Under the pieces are notes generated by a model that was given only the letters and a program-made list of their open reading frames with translations, had not been told where the DNA came from and did not search any database. A DNA stretch of 64,000 nucleotides, from assembly GCA_035539375.1 (NCBI GenBank), contig DATLIP010000114.1, positions 7,443 to 71,442 on the forward strand, read 5' to 3'. The stretch comes from Bdellovibrionota bacterium. Its GTDB lineage: Bacteria; Bdellovibrionota; UBA2428. Numbering within the stretch: position 1 is the stretch's first letter; each line of letters opens with the position of its first letter. A program made the position numbers and the translations under genes. Shown here one piece after another: positions 44,572 to 53,439 of this stretch.

Positions 44572-45330
44572 ATGTCTCACCATAAGCCTTCGGAAGATTT
44601 TCTTATCATCGCCCACCGGGGTTTCAGCGGCGCTTATCCCGAGAACACGCTCCTCGCTTTCGACGAAGCCATCAAGGTCGGTGCCCGGGCGATGGAGTTC
44701 GACGTGCAGCTCGACGCCGACGACGAAGCCGTGGTGTTTCATGACTACGTGCTAGGCCGCACCACACCCGAAGAAGAAGAGGGCACGCGTGTGCGCGACC
44801 TAACGACCGAAGAGTTCCTCGAGCTCGACGTAGGCGCCTACAAAGACTTCGAATTTTACGACACCCCACCCGCCCTGCTGGGCGAAGTGCTCGACCGCTA
44901 CGCCGAAAAGGCTTTCCTCAATATCGAACTCAAAGTCTTCGACGAGAACGATGCGGAAGAGATCAACACCCTCGCCCGCCGCACGCTGGAGCTGATTCAA
45001 GAACACCGCTGGAACGACGGGCTCATCTCGAGCTTCTGCCCCGCCGTGCTACGCGCGATCAAAGCGCTCGACGCGAGCCTGCCGGTAGCGCTGCTCGGCC
45101 CCAAGATCCACGAACGTAATTTGCTCGAAGACGCCATCGCCTTGGGCGCCAAGGCCTACAACTTCGACGGCCGCGGCGGCGTCACCGCCGACGACATCGC
45201 CGCCATCCACCGCGCGGATCTCAAGGCCTACGCCTACACGATCAACGACGAATCGCGCGCGCGCGAGCTGCGCGAAATGGGCGTGGACGGCATCTTCACT
45301 GACCACCCCGAAGTGATGCTAAAACTCTAA
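44572..45330 (+). CDS. ugpQ: Glycerophosphodiester phosphodiesterase
   Basis: GDPD signature IAHRGFSGAYPENTLLAF...EFDVQL; 252 aa. Confidence 0.8.
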   Translation: MSHHKPSEDFLIIAHRGFSGAYPENTLLAFDEAIKVGARAMEFDVQLDADDEAVVFHDYVLGRTTPEEEEGTRVRDLTTEEFLELDVGAYKDFEFYDTPPALLGEVLDRYAEKAFLNIELKVFDENDAEEINTLARRTLELIQEHRWNDGLISSFCPAVLRAIKALDASLPVALLGPKIHERNLLEDAIALGAKAYNFDGRGGVTADDIAAIHRADLKAYAYTINDESRARELREMGVDGIFTDHPEVMLKL

Positions 45331-45478
45331 CGAGGCGCCCGACTCTTGTTAGCACCGGCAGCGCATCAAGTGTTTGATTTTGCTAGCGCCGCTGCGGGAG
45401 TTAGACCATATTTCCCGGTTTAGGGCTGTGAAAATGCATGTTCGCAAATCCTAGGACTTTGCTATGTATAGGTAAGCG

Positions 45479-46303
45479 ATGTCCAGAATCCATACTTTCG
45501 TTTTTCTGATGTACGCAATGGGTATGGCAGCTTCTCAAACCGCCTCAGCCTCTAGAATTTCCGAGTGTCTGCTACTCTACAAAAAGCTACGTGGAGAAAT
45601 AAGGGACGGATTTGGCGGGCCAGAGACATGGCAAAGCGACGGCACACACGGGACAACCAAATATGATACTGATTTCTCTGAACTCTACGCAGAAACGGGA
45701 CAAAGCTCTTTTACAGACCTCCTAAAAGATCGAAAACAATTAGCGCAGACTACCCATATTTTAGATTTATTCGGATCTGGATTTTTTGTGGAAAATCCAG
45801 AATTAGCCGATTCGATCACTGGCATGCGGTGGGGACCCATTGACCGAACAAGTACCGACGCCCACACGCAACTGCTGCTAAACCAGTTACCGGCGACCCC
45901 CAACGAAATTTTAGGGGACGCCATGAACCCGAAAACCTGGGAAAAACTTAAAGTATCCATGCGAGATAGGAAAATTCCGAAAATCGATTTAGTGACCATG
46001 AGACCACATGGAGGATGGCTGGACAATGCGTTTGACCCCTTAATGAATGCCACTGCGATTGAAATCATGGTTGAAAATGTTTTAAGTATTTTGAGTGACA
46101 ACGGACGTTTTTACTTTTCAGTTGATACCTTAATGTATCAAGGAAACTTTTCTCAGATAGAACCCCTCCTAAACCTCCAAGAAAGAATTGAATCCACCAC
46201 GCCCTACCGTTTAATTTTGAAGCCCCAGATGACTGACGATGGCGCTAAAACCCGCATACTCAACGGTCTCTTGATGCCTAAACCATCATCCGAGCCTTCA
46301 TGA
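45479..46303 (+). CDS. Hypothetical exported protein encoded in a low-GC segment
   Basis: N-terminal hydrophobic signal; AT-rich codon usage unlike the flanks; no known domain. Confidence 0.45.
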   Translation: MSRIHTFVFLMYAMGMAASQTASASRISECLLLYKKLRGEIRDGFGGPETWQSDGTHGTTKYDTDFSELYAETGQSSFTDLLKDRKQLAQTTHILDLFGSGFFVENPELADSITGMRWGPIDRTSTDAHTQLLLNQLPATPNEILGDAMNPKTWEKLKVSMRDRKIPKIDLVTMRPHGGWLDNAFDPLMNATAIEIMVENVLSILSDNGRFYFSVDTLMYQGNFSQIEPLLNLQERIESTTPYRLILKPQMTDDGAKTRILNGLLMPKPSSEPS

Positions 46304-46324
46304 ACGCGCGGACCTTCAAGTGCG

Positions 46325-46816
46325 TCAGACGAGTTCCATGCGCATGGGATAATAAGTGACGGGATAGCCCGCGATCTCCTGTTGCGCCTTCGGCCCGGTG
46401 TCGGCAAATCCCATTTTCAGATAAAACTCGTGCGCCGTGATTGAAGACTCGAGGGTGATGAATTTCGCACCGGCGGTGCGGGCCGTATCCAGCATCAAGA
46501 CCGTCAGCTGACGGCCCAAGCCAAAACCGATCACCTCGGGCGTCAGATAGAGGGCGTGCAGATGCGCCCGAGTGACGCCCTCATCGCTAAAGATCCGCAC
46601 GTAGGCGACTCCGTAAATCTCTTCGCCGGCCTCGACAACCCACACGTTGTCATTGCGAATGGAATCCACCCAGCGCGTGCCGAGCGGACGGTAACCCCAG
46701 CCGCGAATCTCCTCCTCGCCATGCTCGCGCACGCAAACTTCGCGGATGGAGCGCATGTGGGCCTCATGAATGGCGGCTTCGTCACCGGGGCGAGCGCGAC
46801 GGATATGCGGCGTCAT
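46325..46816 (-). CDS. GNAT-family N-acetyltransferase
   Basis: Acetyl-CoA binding motif A (LGRQLTVLMLDTARTAGA) and the GNAT fold layout. Confidence 0.75.
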   Translation of the reverse strand: MTPHIRRARPGDEAAIHEAHMRSIREVCVREHGEEEIRGWGYRPLGTRWVDSIRNDNVWVVEAGEEIYGVAYVRIFSDEGVTRAHLHALYLTPEVIGFGLGRQLTVLMLDTARTAGAKFITLESSITAHEFYLKMGFADTGPKAQQEIAGYPVTYYPMRMELV

Positions 46817-46885
46817 GACTCAAATCATAACACAAAGGCACGGAAAATAACGCGCTGCCGGTATGTGCGGGAGTCGGGCGCCTTT

Positions 46886-48466
46886 TTAGGCGGATTTTTT
46901 CCACTCGCTGGCTTTGCTGACGCCGTTGACGAGTTCGAGGAAGCGCGGATGTTCGTAGATCTTGGCAGAGCAGAAAACTTGCAGCACGTCTTTATCAAGA
47001 CGCCCGCGCTCGGCTTCGTTGCGCAAGATCGCGATGGCGCGCTCGGTGGGCAGTGCTGGTTTGTAGGAACGGTCGTTCGCCACGAGGGCGTCGAAGATGT
47101 CACAAATGGTCATGATACGCACTTTGAGCGGGATCTGTTCGCCGCGCAGGCCCAGCGGATAACCGCTGCCGTCGAGCAGCTCGTGGTGGCTGCGCGCGAT
47201 TTCAGGAATGTTGCGATACTTAGGTGTCCAGGGAATCTCCTTGAGAAAACGGAACGAATGCTCAACGTGGTCTTGCATCATTTGGCGTTCTTCGTCGGAG
47301 AGCGAGCCGCGCTTCACCGAAAGGGCGCGCACGTCTTCGGGAGTGAGCAGCGGCACGAGTTGGCCCCGCGAGCTGACATAGTTCATCTCGCGGAAGTGAT
47401 CGAGAGCGCGTGAGCGGTCTTCGTCGAGCACGGTGGGTTTGTTGAGGCTGATGATGTCGTGGTATGTGGTCTCAAAGATCTCTTCGATCTTGCGAAGTTC
47501 GTTTTCTGCGTCGTCTACATCGCGCGATCCGTTTTCGATCTGAGCCTTGAGGGCTTCAAACTGAGCGGCTTTTTTGAAGTCCTCGATGCGCATGCGCAGC
47601 TCGGCCTTCTGAAGTTTCGAGAGCTTTTCGTCTTTTTGAATGACGTATTCGGGAACGGCGATCTTGCCGAAGTCGTGCAGAAGCGTGGCGTAGCGCAGCT
47701 CCTCGAGCTCTTCGGGCGAAAAATACACGTACTCGAAGGGTGCGTCGTTGCTCTCGGAGAGCTTCTTGGCGAGTTCGATGGTGAGAATCGTCACGCGCTC
47801 AGAGTGACCAAGCGTGGTGAGGTCTCGCGATTCAATGGCATGTACCGAAGCGCGCACAAAACCGTCGAAAAGGTTCTCGATATCTTCGTGCAGCTTGGCG
47901 TTTTCGAGCGAGGCCGAGGCGATGGCCGCCAGGGCTTCGAGCAGGTCGATGTCGTCGCGGTCAAAGCTCGGCATCTTGTCGATGGCTGCGGCGTTTTTGG
48001 AAGGCCACATCTCGTCGACATTATTCTTTTTGTTGATGGCCTGAATCACGCCAAGCACTTCGCCCTTGCGGTTCTTTAGCGGAAAGCTGAGCATCGATTT
48101 GCTGCGATAGCTGATGCGCTCGTCGATGCGGGCGTTAAAACGGTAGGCGCTTGTTTTGGGGATTTCGTAAACGTCGTTGACGATCAGCGGCTTGCCGCTG
48201 CGGAACACGTAGGCGGCGAGCGAGTCGCCACTCACAGGAAGCTTGGTCGAACGGAAATCCGCACGCACTGAGCAGTTTTTGGCGATCAAAAAGCTCAAGG
48301 TATCATCGCCGTCGTAGAGGTAAAACGAGGCCGCATCGCATACGAGAAGGTTGCAAACGTGATCCACGATCTTTTCAAACAAAAGATCCGTGCTCGTGGC
48401 CGAAATCAGCCCCGCTGCGACTTCTTGTAGCGCCTTGAGACGCTCAGACGATTGTACCTTGGTCAT
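46886..48466 (-). CDS. GAF-domain HD-GYP phosphodiesterase (cyclic-di-GMP signalling)
   Basis: N-terminal GAF-like domain; an HD domain with HDFGK and HHELLDGSGYP (HD-GYP signature). Confidence 0.8.
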   Translation of the reverse strand: MTKVQSSERLKALQEVAAGLISATSTDLLFEKIVDHVCNLLVCDAASFYLYDGDDTLSFLIAKNCSVRADFRSTKLPVSGDSLAAYVFRSGKPLIVNDVYEIPKTSAYRFNARIDERISYRSKSMLSFPLKNRKGEVLGVIQAINKKNNVDEMWPSKNAAAIDKMPSFDRDDIDLLEALAAIASASLENAKLHEDIENLFDGFVRASVHAIESRDLTTLGHSERVTILTIELAKKLSESNDAPFEYVYFSPEELEELRYATLLHDFGKIAVPEYVIQKDEKLSKLQKAELRMRIEDFKKAAQFEALKAQIENGSRDVDDAENELRKIEEIFETTYHDIISLNKPTVLDEDRSRALDHFREMNYVSSRGQLVPLLTPEDVRALSVKRGSLSDEERQMMQDHVEHSFRFLKEIPWTPKYRNIPEIARSHHELLDGSGYPLGLRGEQIPLKVRIMTICDIFDALVANDRSYKPALPTERAIAILRNEAERGRLDKDVLQVFCSAKIYEHPRFLELVNGVSKASEWKKSA

Positions 48467-48628
48467 ACCCCGTCCTATCGGCCTTCCCCCCGCGAATCTG
48501 TAGGAGGATTTGTCAAAAGGCCAAAGCTTCGAAATAACTCATGAAATTTGCACCACAAACGAGCCCGCCCCGGGTCGAAAACCTTGACGAAATCGACACG
48601 CCGCACTATCAACTGGACTGCCAAAAAC

Positions 48629-50005
48629 ATGAAATCGCCCTTCCCCAAGCTTTTGCTCTCTCGCTCCGCCTTTCTCTGTTTTGCGCTCTATTTTTGCGCG
48701 ATCTCGCTCGCGGCCGCCGAAGGCGAAACGCTGCGTCCCGACCCGGGCGCTAAGGATCTCTACGCCCGCCTTGGCGTCTCGCGAGACGCCGACCGCAAAA
48801 CCGTCCGGGAGGCCTACCTTCGCCTCGCTACCAAATTCCATTCCGACAGCGGGGTGGATGATCCCCTCAGCGACGAGGCGATGAAACGCATCGGCGAAGC
48901 TTGGGAGGTGCTCAAAGACCCGGGTTCGCGAGGAAGCTACACATCCGACCTCAAGGTGGGCCGCCTCCACCCCAAGTACCAGGCCTCCACCACGCTTCCG
49001 AAATACTATGAAGGCGTTCCCCGAGAGCAGGCGAGCGCCGAGCCTCCCGTGCCTAAAAAAACGATCCCGCCTGAGGTTCTCGCGTTTCGTGAAGCCAGCG
49101 CTGAACGGCGGACCGCCTTTGGCATTTTGCTCGACGGACTCAAGGCGGATCTCAGCGGCTTACATCCGCAAGTCAATGAGCGTGCCGCCAAACGTTACTA
49201 CCGCCGCGTGAGCGAAGCCTCCGAGAACTTTTTGCGCAGCCACCGTGCCGAGACGCTCGCCGTGGTGAATTTGTGTGGGCCCGCGCGCGAAACCAACACC
49301 CTCGACACAGAGATCAAATCACTTCTCGTGGCTCACCTTGAAACCTTGCGCACGGCCTTTGACACGCTTTTTCACTACGACCTTTACCTAGAAGACATGC
49401 TCGCGTGGAAAGAACACCTCGAGGCCCTCGAGCGACAATTCGTGCTCGCCGGATTTGACCTCACCAAACTCGGTGTGCGTGAAACGCGCGCGCTGCTGGA
49501 TTCGTATTATCAAAAAAATTACTACGCTATTCAAAACCTCTTCGAGTCGCTCCGCCACCAGAAAAATACCGAGCGCGAGGCACAGGCCGTGCGAGCAGGA
49601 CTCGCGGCGCTCATTGAGTTTCCCACGCTGCCACAGCTGCGCTGGCTAGCGGGCGCGCACCGCTTTTGGATCTCTCTTGACGACGCGGAAATCACCGATC
49701 GTGCGGTCGTCGCCCACAAGCTCGTCACCTATCTTGAAGAGGCTGAAGCGCGAGGTGATCTGAAAGCCGCCGACACCGATGCGATTCTCGTGCCGCTGCT
49801 CGGGCAATTTGCGGCTTTTGCAGAAAGCACAAGCGACGACGCGCTTCGCACGCGACTGCGCGACTTCAATGCGGCTCGTGTTCCTCCAAAGGTCAACGCA
49901 AGCGCCGCTGAAAACGCCTCGCCTGCATCTCGCTGGCGCGCGTGGGGCGAAAGTCTACGCACTCCTTGCGTCTGGCTGCTGAATCTCGCGAGACGACGTC
50001 GTTGA
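48629..50005 (+). CDS. Exported or membrane-anchored protein with a divergent J-domain (HPD replaced by HSD)
   Basis: N-terminal K/R-then-hydrophobic signal or anchor. DLYARLGVSRDADRKTVREAYLRLATKFHSD...AMKRIGEAWEVLKDP aligns with DnaJ DYYEILGV...AYKRLAMKYHPD...KEIKEAYEVLTD. The remaining roughly 350 aa is helical and unassigned. Confidence 0.6.
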   Translation: MKSPFPKLLLSRSAFLCFALYFCAISLAAAEGETLRPDPGAKDLYARLGVSRDADRKTVREAYLRLATKFHSDSGVDDPLSDEAMKRIGEAWEVLKDPGSRGSYTSDLKVGRLHPKYQASTTLPKYYEGVPREQASAEPPVPKKTIPPEVLAFREASAERRTAFGILLDGLKADLSGLHPQVNERAAKRYYRRVSEASENFLRSHRAETLAVVNLCGPARETNTLDTEIKSLLVAHLETLRTAFDTLFHYDLYLEDMLAWKEHLEALERQFVLAGFDLTKLGVRETRALLDSYYQKNYYAIQNLFESLRHQKNTEREAQAVRAGLAALIEFPTLPQLRWLAGAHRFWISLDDAEITDRAVVAHKLVTYLEEAEARGDLKAADTDAILVPLLGQFAAFAESTSDDALRTRLRDFNAARVPPKVNASAAENASPASRWRAWGESLRTPCVWLLNLARRRR

Positions 50006-50069
50006 CGAAGATTTGCCAGACCCCATGTTTGACCTATAGAAAATCCGGCGTTACAAGTTTGTACCGTTT

Positions 50070-51128
50070 ATGAATGGCGTCCTTGTAGGTCTTTTTTGCT
50101 GGCTGACGTTTTTTGTTATTCCTAAAAGCGCCCTTGCCAAAAACCTGCGCCCGAAAGTCGTCTTCACCGATTGGCGCGACGAAGACGTGCACGCGCTGAT
50201 TCACCTTCTCGAAGATCCCGAGATCGCCGCCACCATCCGCGCCATCTATCCCACCGGCGGCAACACCGTGCTCAAATCCACTTCGGTGCGCCGTCTTGTG
50301 CACGGTATCGGTCGGCGCATTCCCGTTGTCGCAGGCACGAGCAGCGAAAGCTCCGAGAGCGATTCGATGCCCTTTCCTCGCGCTTGGGACTCGGAGAGCG
50401 CCTTTCTCTTGCCCCCCGAATTGCCGCCGCAATTTGAACGATTCGAAAGCACCGATGGCCTTGCGGTCTCGCACTTTTCTCGTCTCTTGCGCCGCCACCG
50501 AGGCGTGCCCATCGACGTGGTGAACCTCGCTCCCCCCACTGACCTTGTAAAAACCATCGACAACAATCCCGCCCTCGCAGAGCAAAAACTCGGCACCCTC
50601 TACACAGTGAGCTCCGAGATCAGCGCCGACACTCCCGAAGCCGCACTCGCTCGCCATATCGATGAGGGTGTGTTTCGCCGGATCTACCAATTGCCCGAAG
50701 CGATGATCCGCCACAGCTCGGGCCTCGCAAACGGACGCCTCACACGCTCGCCCGATCACCAAACGCTGCAGGTAAAACTCGACATGGCCGCCGAATGGCA
50801 CCCCGCCCTCGGACCGCTCTTCGATGAAGTGAACCCTTCGTTCGGCGATCTGCTCGTGGCCGATCTCGCCAAGCGCGGCGAAGTCGAATTGAAAAATACC
50901 CCCTACCGCTGGCGCGAAGTGCAGAATCCGGTGAGTGGTGAAAGCGAAAACGCTGAGTCGACTCACGCGCCCCGCCACGTGCGCGAGGTGCTTCATGTCG
51001 ACGCCACACATGTGGTGGAAGCCTACCTCGAAGGGCTGATGCAAGTGCGCCACGAAAAACCCCTGCGCTTTTTTCACCGCCGTCCGGGACTTCCCGGTCG
51101 CTGCCGCGTGCTTTTGAAACGTTTTTAA
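50070..51128 (+). CDS. Secreted hypothetical protein
   Basis: Signal peptide LFCWLTFFVIPKSALA and normal composition. The antisense ORF 50034-51203 is G/R/H-rich. There is a weak, unverified resemblance to the nucleoside-hydrolase fold. Confidence 0.5.
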   Translation: MNGVLVGLFCWLTFFVIPKSALAKNLRPKVVFTDWRDEDVHALIHLLEDPEIAATIRAIYPTGGNTVLKSTSVRRLVHGIGRRIPVVAGTSSESSESDSMPFPRAWDSESAFLLPPELPPQFERFESTDGLAVSHFSRLLRRHRGVPIDVVNLAPPTDLVKTIDNNPALAEQKLGTLYTVSSEISADTPEAALARHIDEGVFRRIYQLPEAMIRHSSGLANGRLTRSPDHQTLQVKLDMAAEWHPALGPLFDEVNPSFGDLLVADLAKRGEVELKNTPYRWREVQNPVSGESENAESTHAPRHVREVLHVDATHVVEAYLEGLMQVRHEKPLRFFHRRPGLPGRCRVLLKRF

Positions 51129-51682
51129 GGCAAGACGCGCAGGACTTCCGATAAAAAAGGTCGACGCTGATCGGGCAATTCTCCCGCAGCTTGCCCGGCC
51201 CAAACAAAACCTACGATTTCAAATTGAGCTTCGTCGATGTCCAGCAGGCGATAGATCTCGGCGTCGCCAATGTAGGCGGCTGTCGACCACTTGCTCATGA
51301 GAGATTTCTCAGCAAGCGAGAGTGTAAAATTTTGAATGGCGCAACTGAGCGTGGCGTAGTCTTCGCGGCGCTGAAATTCATTGTCGCTGCGTTTTTGCGC
51401 AAAGACCACGAGCGCAGCCGGATTTAAAAACGAATCAAGCCCCGCCTGGCGCTGATCTTCGCCGATCTCTGGCGAATGAGATTTTTTGATAGCAAAGACG
51501 CGTTCTGCGAGCGCCGTGCGCGTTTGGCGTCCCACCACCACAAAGTGCCAGGGAAAGGTGTGCCGGTGATTGGGGGCGAGGAGCGCGGCGCCAAGCGCCT
51601 CGAGCACCACCTCGTGCTCCACATCCGAACGAGTATATTTATGGGCCGTACGACGTGCGGCAGCGAGATCGCGAAAGCTCAC
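51125..51682 (-). CDS. Nitroreductase-family protein
   Basis: Nitroreductase fold motifs (RRTAHKYT..., FPWHFVVV); 4-bp overlap with the upstream NYN gene. Confidence 0.75.
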   Translation of the reverse strand: MSFRDLAAARRTAHKYTRSDVEHEVVLEALGAALLAPNHRHTFPWHFVVVGRQTRTALAERVFAIKKSHSPEIGEDQRQAGLDSFLNPAALVVFAQKRSDNEFQRREDYATLSCAIQNFTLSLAEKSLMSKWSTAAYIGDAEIYRLLDIDEAQFEIVGFVWAGQAAGELPDQRRPFLSEVLRVLP

Positions 51683-52236
51683 TCCTTGGTTCCCCCGCCG
51701 CCCTCACGTTTTCCACCCGAACCGCGCCGCTGACCGGCACCGCGTGAGCGACCGGCAGTGGCTTTGACGTTTTTGTAAATGAACCAATCGGCCGAAGTGA
51801 TGGCGTGAAAGTGATCCGCTTCTTCGCGCAGGATCTGCGCAGTATTCGCTTCGACCGCGGCGATCTCAACGCGCACGCCCTCCGTCTTGAGGTGGCGCAC
51901 GAGTTCCACATAATCCGAATCGCCCGAGAGGATGATCAGTGTGTCGACCTTGGAGGCCAGCTGCGTGGCCGTGATCGTGAGCGGAATGTCGGCGCTCTTG
52001 TGACAGGGGCGCACCGAGCCATGGTAGTTGTTGTGCAAACGCTCGGCGAGCTTCGAAGAGATGTTCTTGCCCTCGCGAAAGTAAATCAGGCGGTTGAGCG
52101 CCCGGTTGCCCAGGAGGCGCGGAATCAGCAGGTCATAATTGAGCATCGACCCTTCCGTACCCGTCTGGGTATGGATGCTACGTTCGAGATTGTTGCCGTC
52201 GACGAGAATCGCGACGGTTTGAGAAATGTTTACCAT
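51679..52236 (-). CDS. NYN/LabA-like domain protein with a Gly/Arg-rich C-terminal tail
   Basis: AILVDGNNL...IILSGDSDY acidic residues of the NYN (PIN-like) nuclease fold; RGG-like tail GRSRGAGQRRGSGGKREGGGG. Confidence 0.65.
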   Translation of the reverse strand: MVNISQTVAILVDGNNLERSIHTQTGTEGSMLNYDLLIPRLLGNRALNRLIYFREGKNISSKLAERLHNNYHGSVRPCHKSADIPLTITATQLASKVDTLIILSGDSDYVELVRHLKTEGVRVEIAAVEANTAQILREEADHFHAITSADWFIYKNVKATAGRSRGAGQRRGSGGKREGGGGTKE

Positions 52237-52413
52237 CTGGCTATCTTAAAGGGCATCCGACCTTTTGCCGAGACCTCAGCCCTGGAAATCTAGGTCAGGG
52301 GAATCAAGGCCTAAGATGCTGATATCCCTTGAATAACGTGAGAGAGGCCAAAGGTTGCAAAACCCCATTAAGAGCTCTTTAAGTATTTGCTCACCTAAGT
52401 CCGAAACAAATAG

Positions 52414-53439
52414 GTGAAGCTGAATCGTTTTGCCACGATCCTGGGCCTCATCGCGATAGGCGTGTTGACTTACGTTGGCCTGCGCTCGCCCGCTTCCAAG
52501 TCGCCCCACCAAGCCTCCACGCCTCTCAGTCTCCCCACAATCCCTCGCTCACCAAGCGACGAAGCCCCAATCCAGAGATCCCTCGCCACCGCAGCGCCCC
52601 CAGTGACCAGCCCGGAGGAAGCGAGCTCCGAAGAGACGGCTGACCCCACAGCCCCTGAGCAAGAGCTTCACATCGAGTCCCCCCTGAGCTCTGGATCTTC
52701 CTTGAGCGTCGCCCAGGTGATGGCCCCCGAAGCCGCTCCGTCCGCTCCCCAAAAAAAGTTCAAGGCGAACGCGACGCTCACGCTGGCCCCTTTCTACAAG
52801 TTCACGTCTCTTCGAAGCACCGACTCCAGCTCGGGAGCCACTTCCAACATCGCATCCTCTCTCGACGCCGGCCTCAGCGTTCAACACAAAGTGAAATGGA
52901 CGCCTTCGAGAGCAAGCTACGTTCATATAAAAATCGAAAAGGTGAAAATGCAAACTCCGGTGCTCCCCGGAAAAACCTTAAGCCGCGATGGCGCAACGCT
53001 CACAGATTTTTCTTTGGGCATACAACAAAAGCTGGGAGCGCGCACCACCATTGGCGCTAACGCGGGTTACGGTCAGGTACTCTACGCCCGTGCGATCGAC
53101 AACCAAACGGCAGCTATCGTCAGCTTGCCTCAGGTTCACGCCGGATCCGAGATTCGGTGGACGGCCTTCACAGTCGATGACTTTACGATAAATCTTGCTG
53201 CGCAGGGAGCCTGGCACTCCGGCAAATCGAGTGAAAACATCACCGCAAAATCAGGGTTTTCTTACCGTGGAGCCGTGGAACTCGAGCAAGACATGGGAGA
53301 CGCCAAAACCTTCGGCATCGAGGCCTTCTTCGAAACTCGCTCACAAAACACCTCAATCACTGAGCAAAAGCAAATCGATCTCGGCCTTAGCCTGAGTTAC
53401 CAACTTCCATTTGGAAAATCGGCGAGGAACTCACCATGA
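52414..53439 (+). CDS. Hypothetical outer-membrane beta-barrel-like protein with a Pro/Ser-rich linker
   Basis: N-terminal signal or anchor and a low-complexity P/S/E linker. The C-terminal 200 aa has alternating beta-strand character ending ...SYQLPF. 4-bp overlap with the downstream giant gene. Confidence 0.45.
   Translation: MKLNRFATILGLIAIGVLTYVGLRSPASKSPHQASTPLSLPTIPRSPSDEAPIQRSLATAAPPVTSPEEASSEETADPTAPEQELHIESPLSSGSSLSVAQVMAPEAAPSAPQKKFKANATLTLAPFYKFTSLRSTDSSSGATSNIASSLDAGLSVQHKVKWTPSRASYVHIKIEKVKMQTPVLPGKTLSRDGATLTDFSLGIQQKLGARTTIGANAGYGQVLYARAIDNQTAAIVSLPQVHAGSEIRWTAFTVDDFTINLAAQGAWHSGKSSENITAKSGFSYRGAVELEQDMGDAKTFGIEAFFETRSQNTSITEQKQIDLGLSLSYQLPFGKSARNSP

Noticed and set aside
50034-51203. 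389-aa minus-strand ORF
   Set aside because: Antisense to the 352-aa secreted protein gene; the product is G/R/H/A-rich and lacks any export or fold signal, whereas the plus-strand product has a clean signal peptide.
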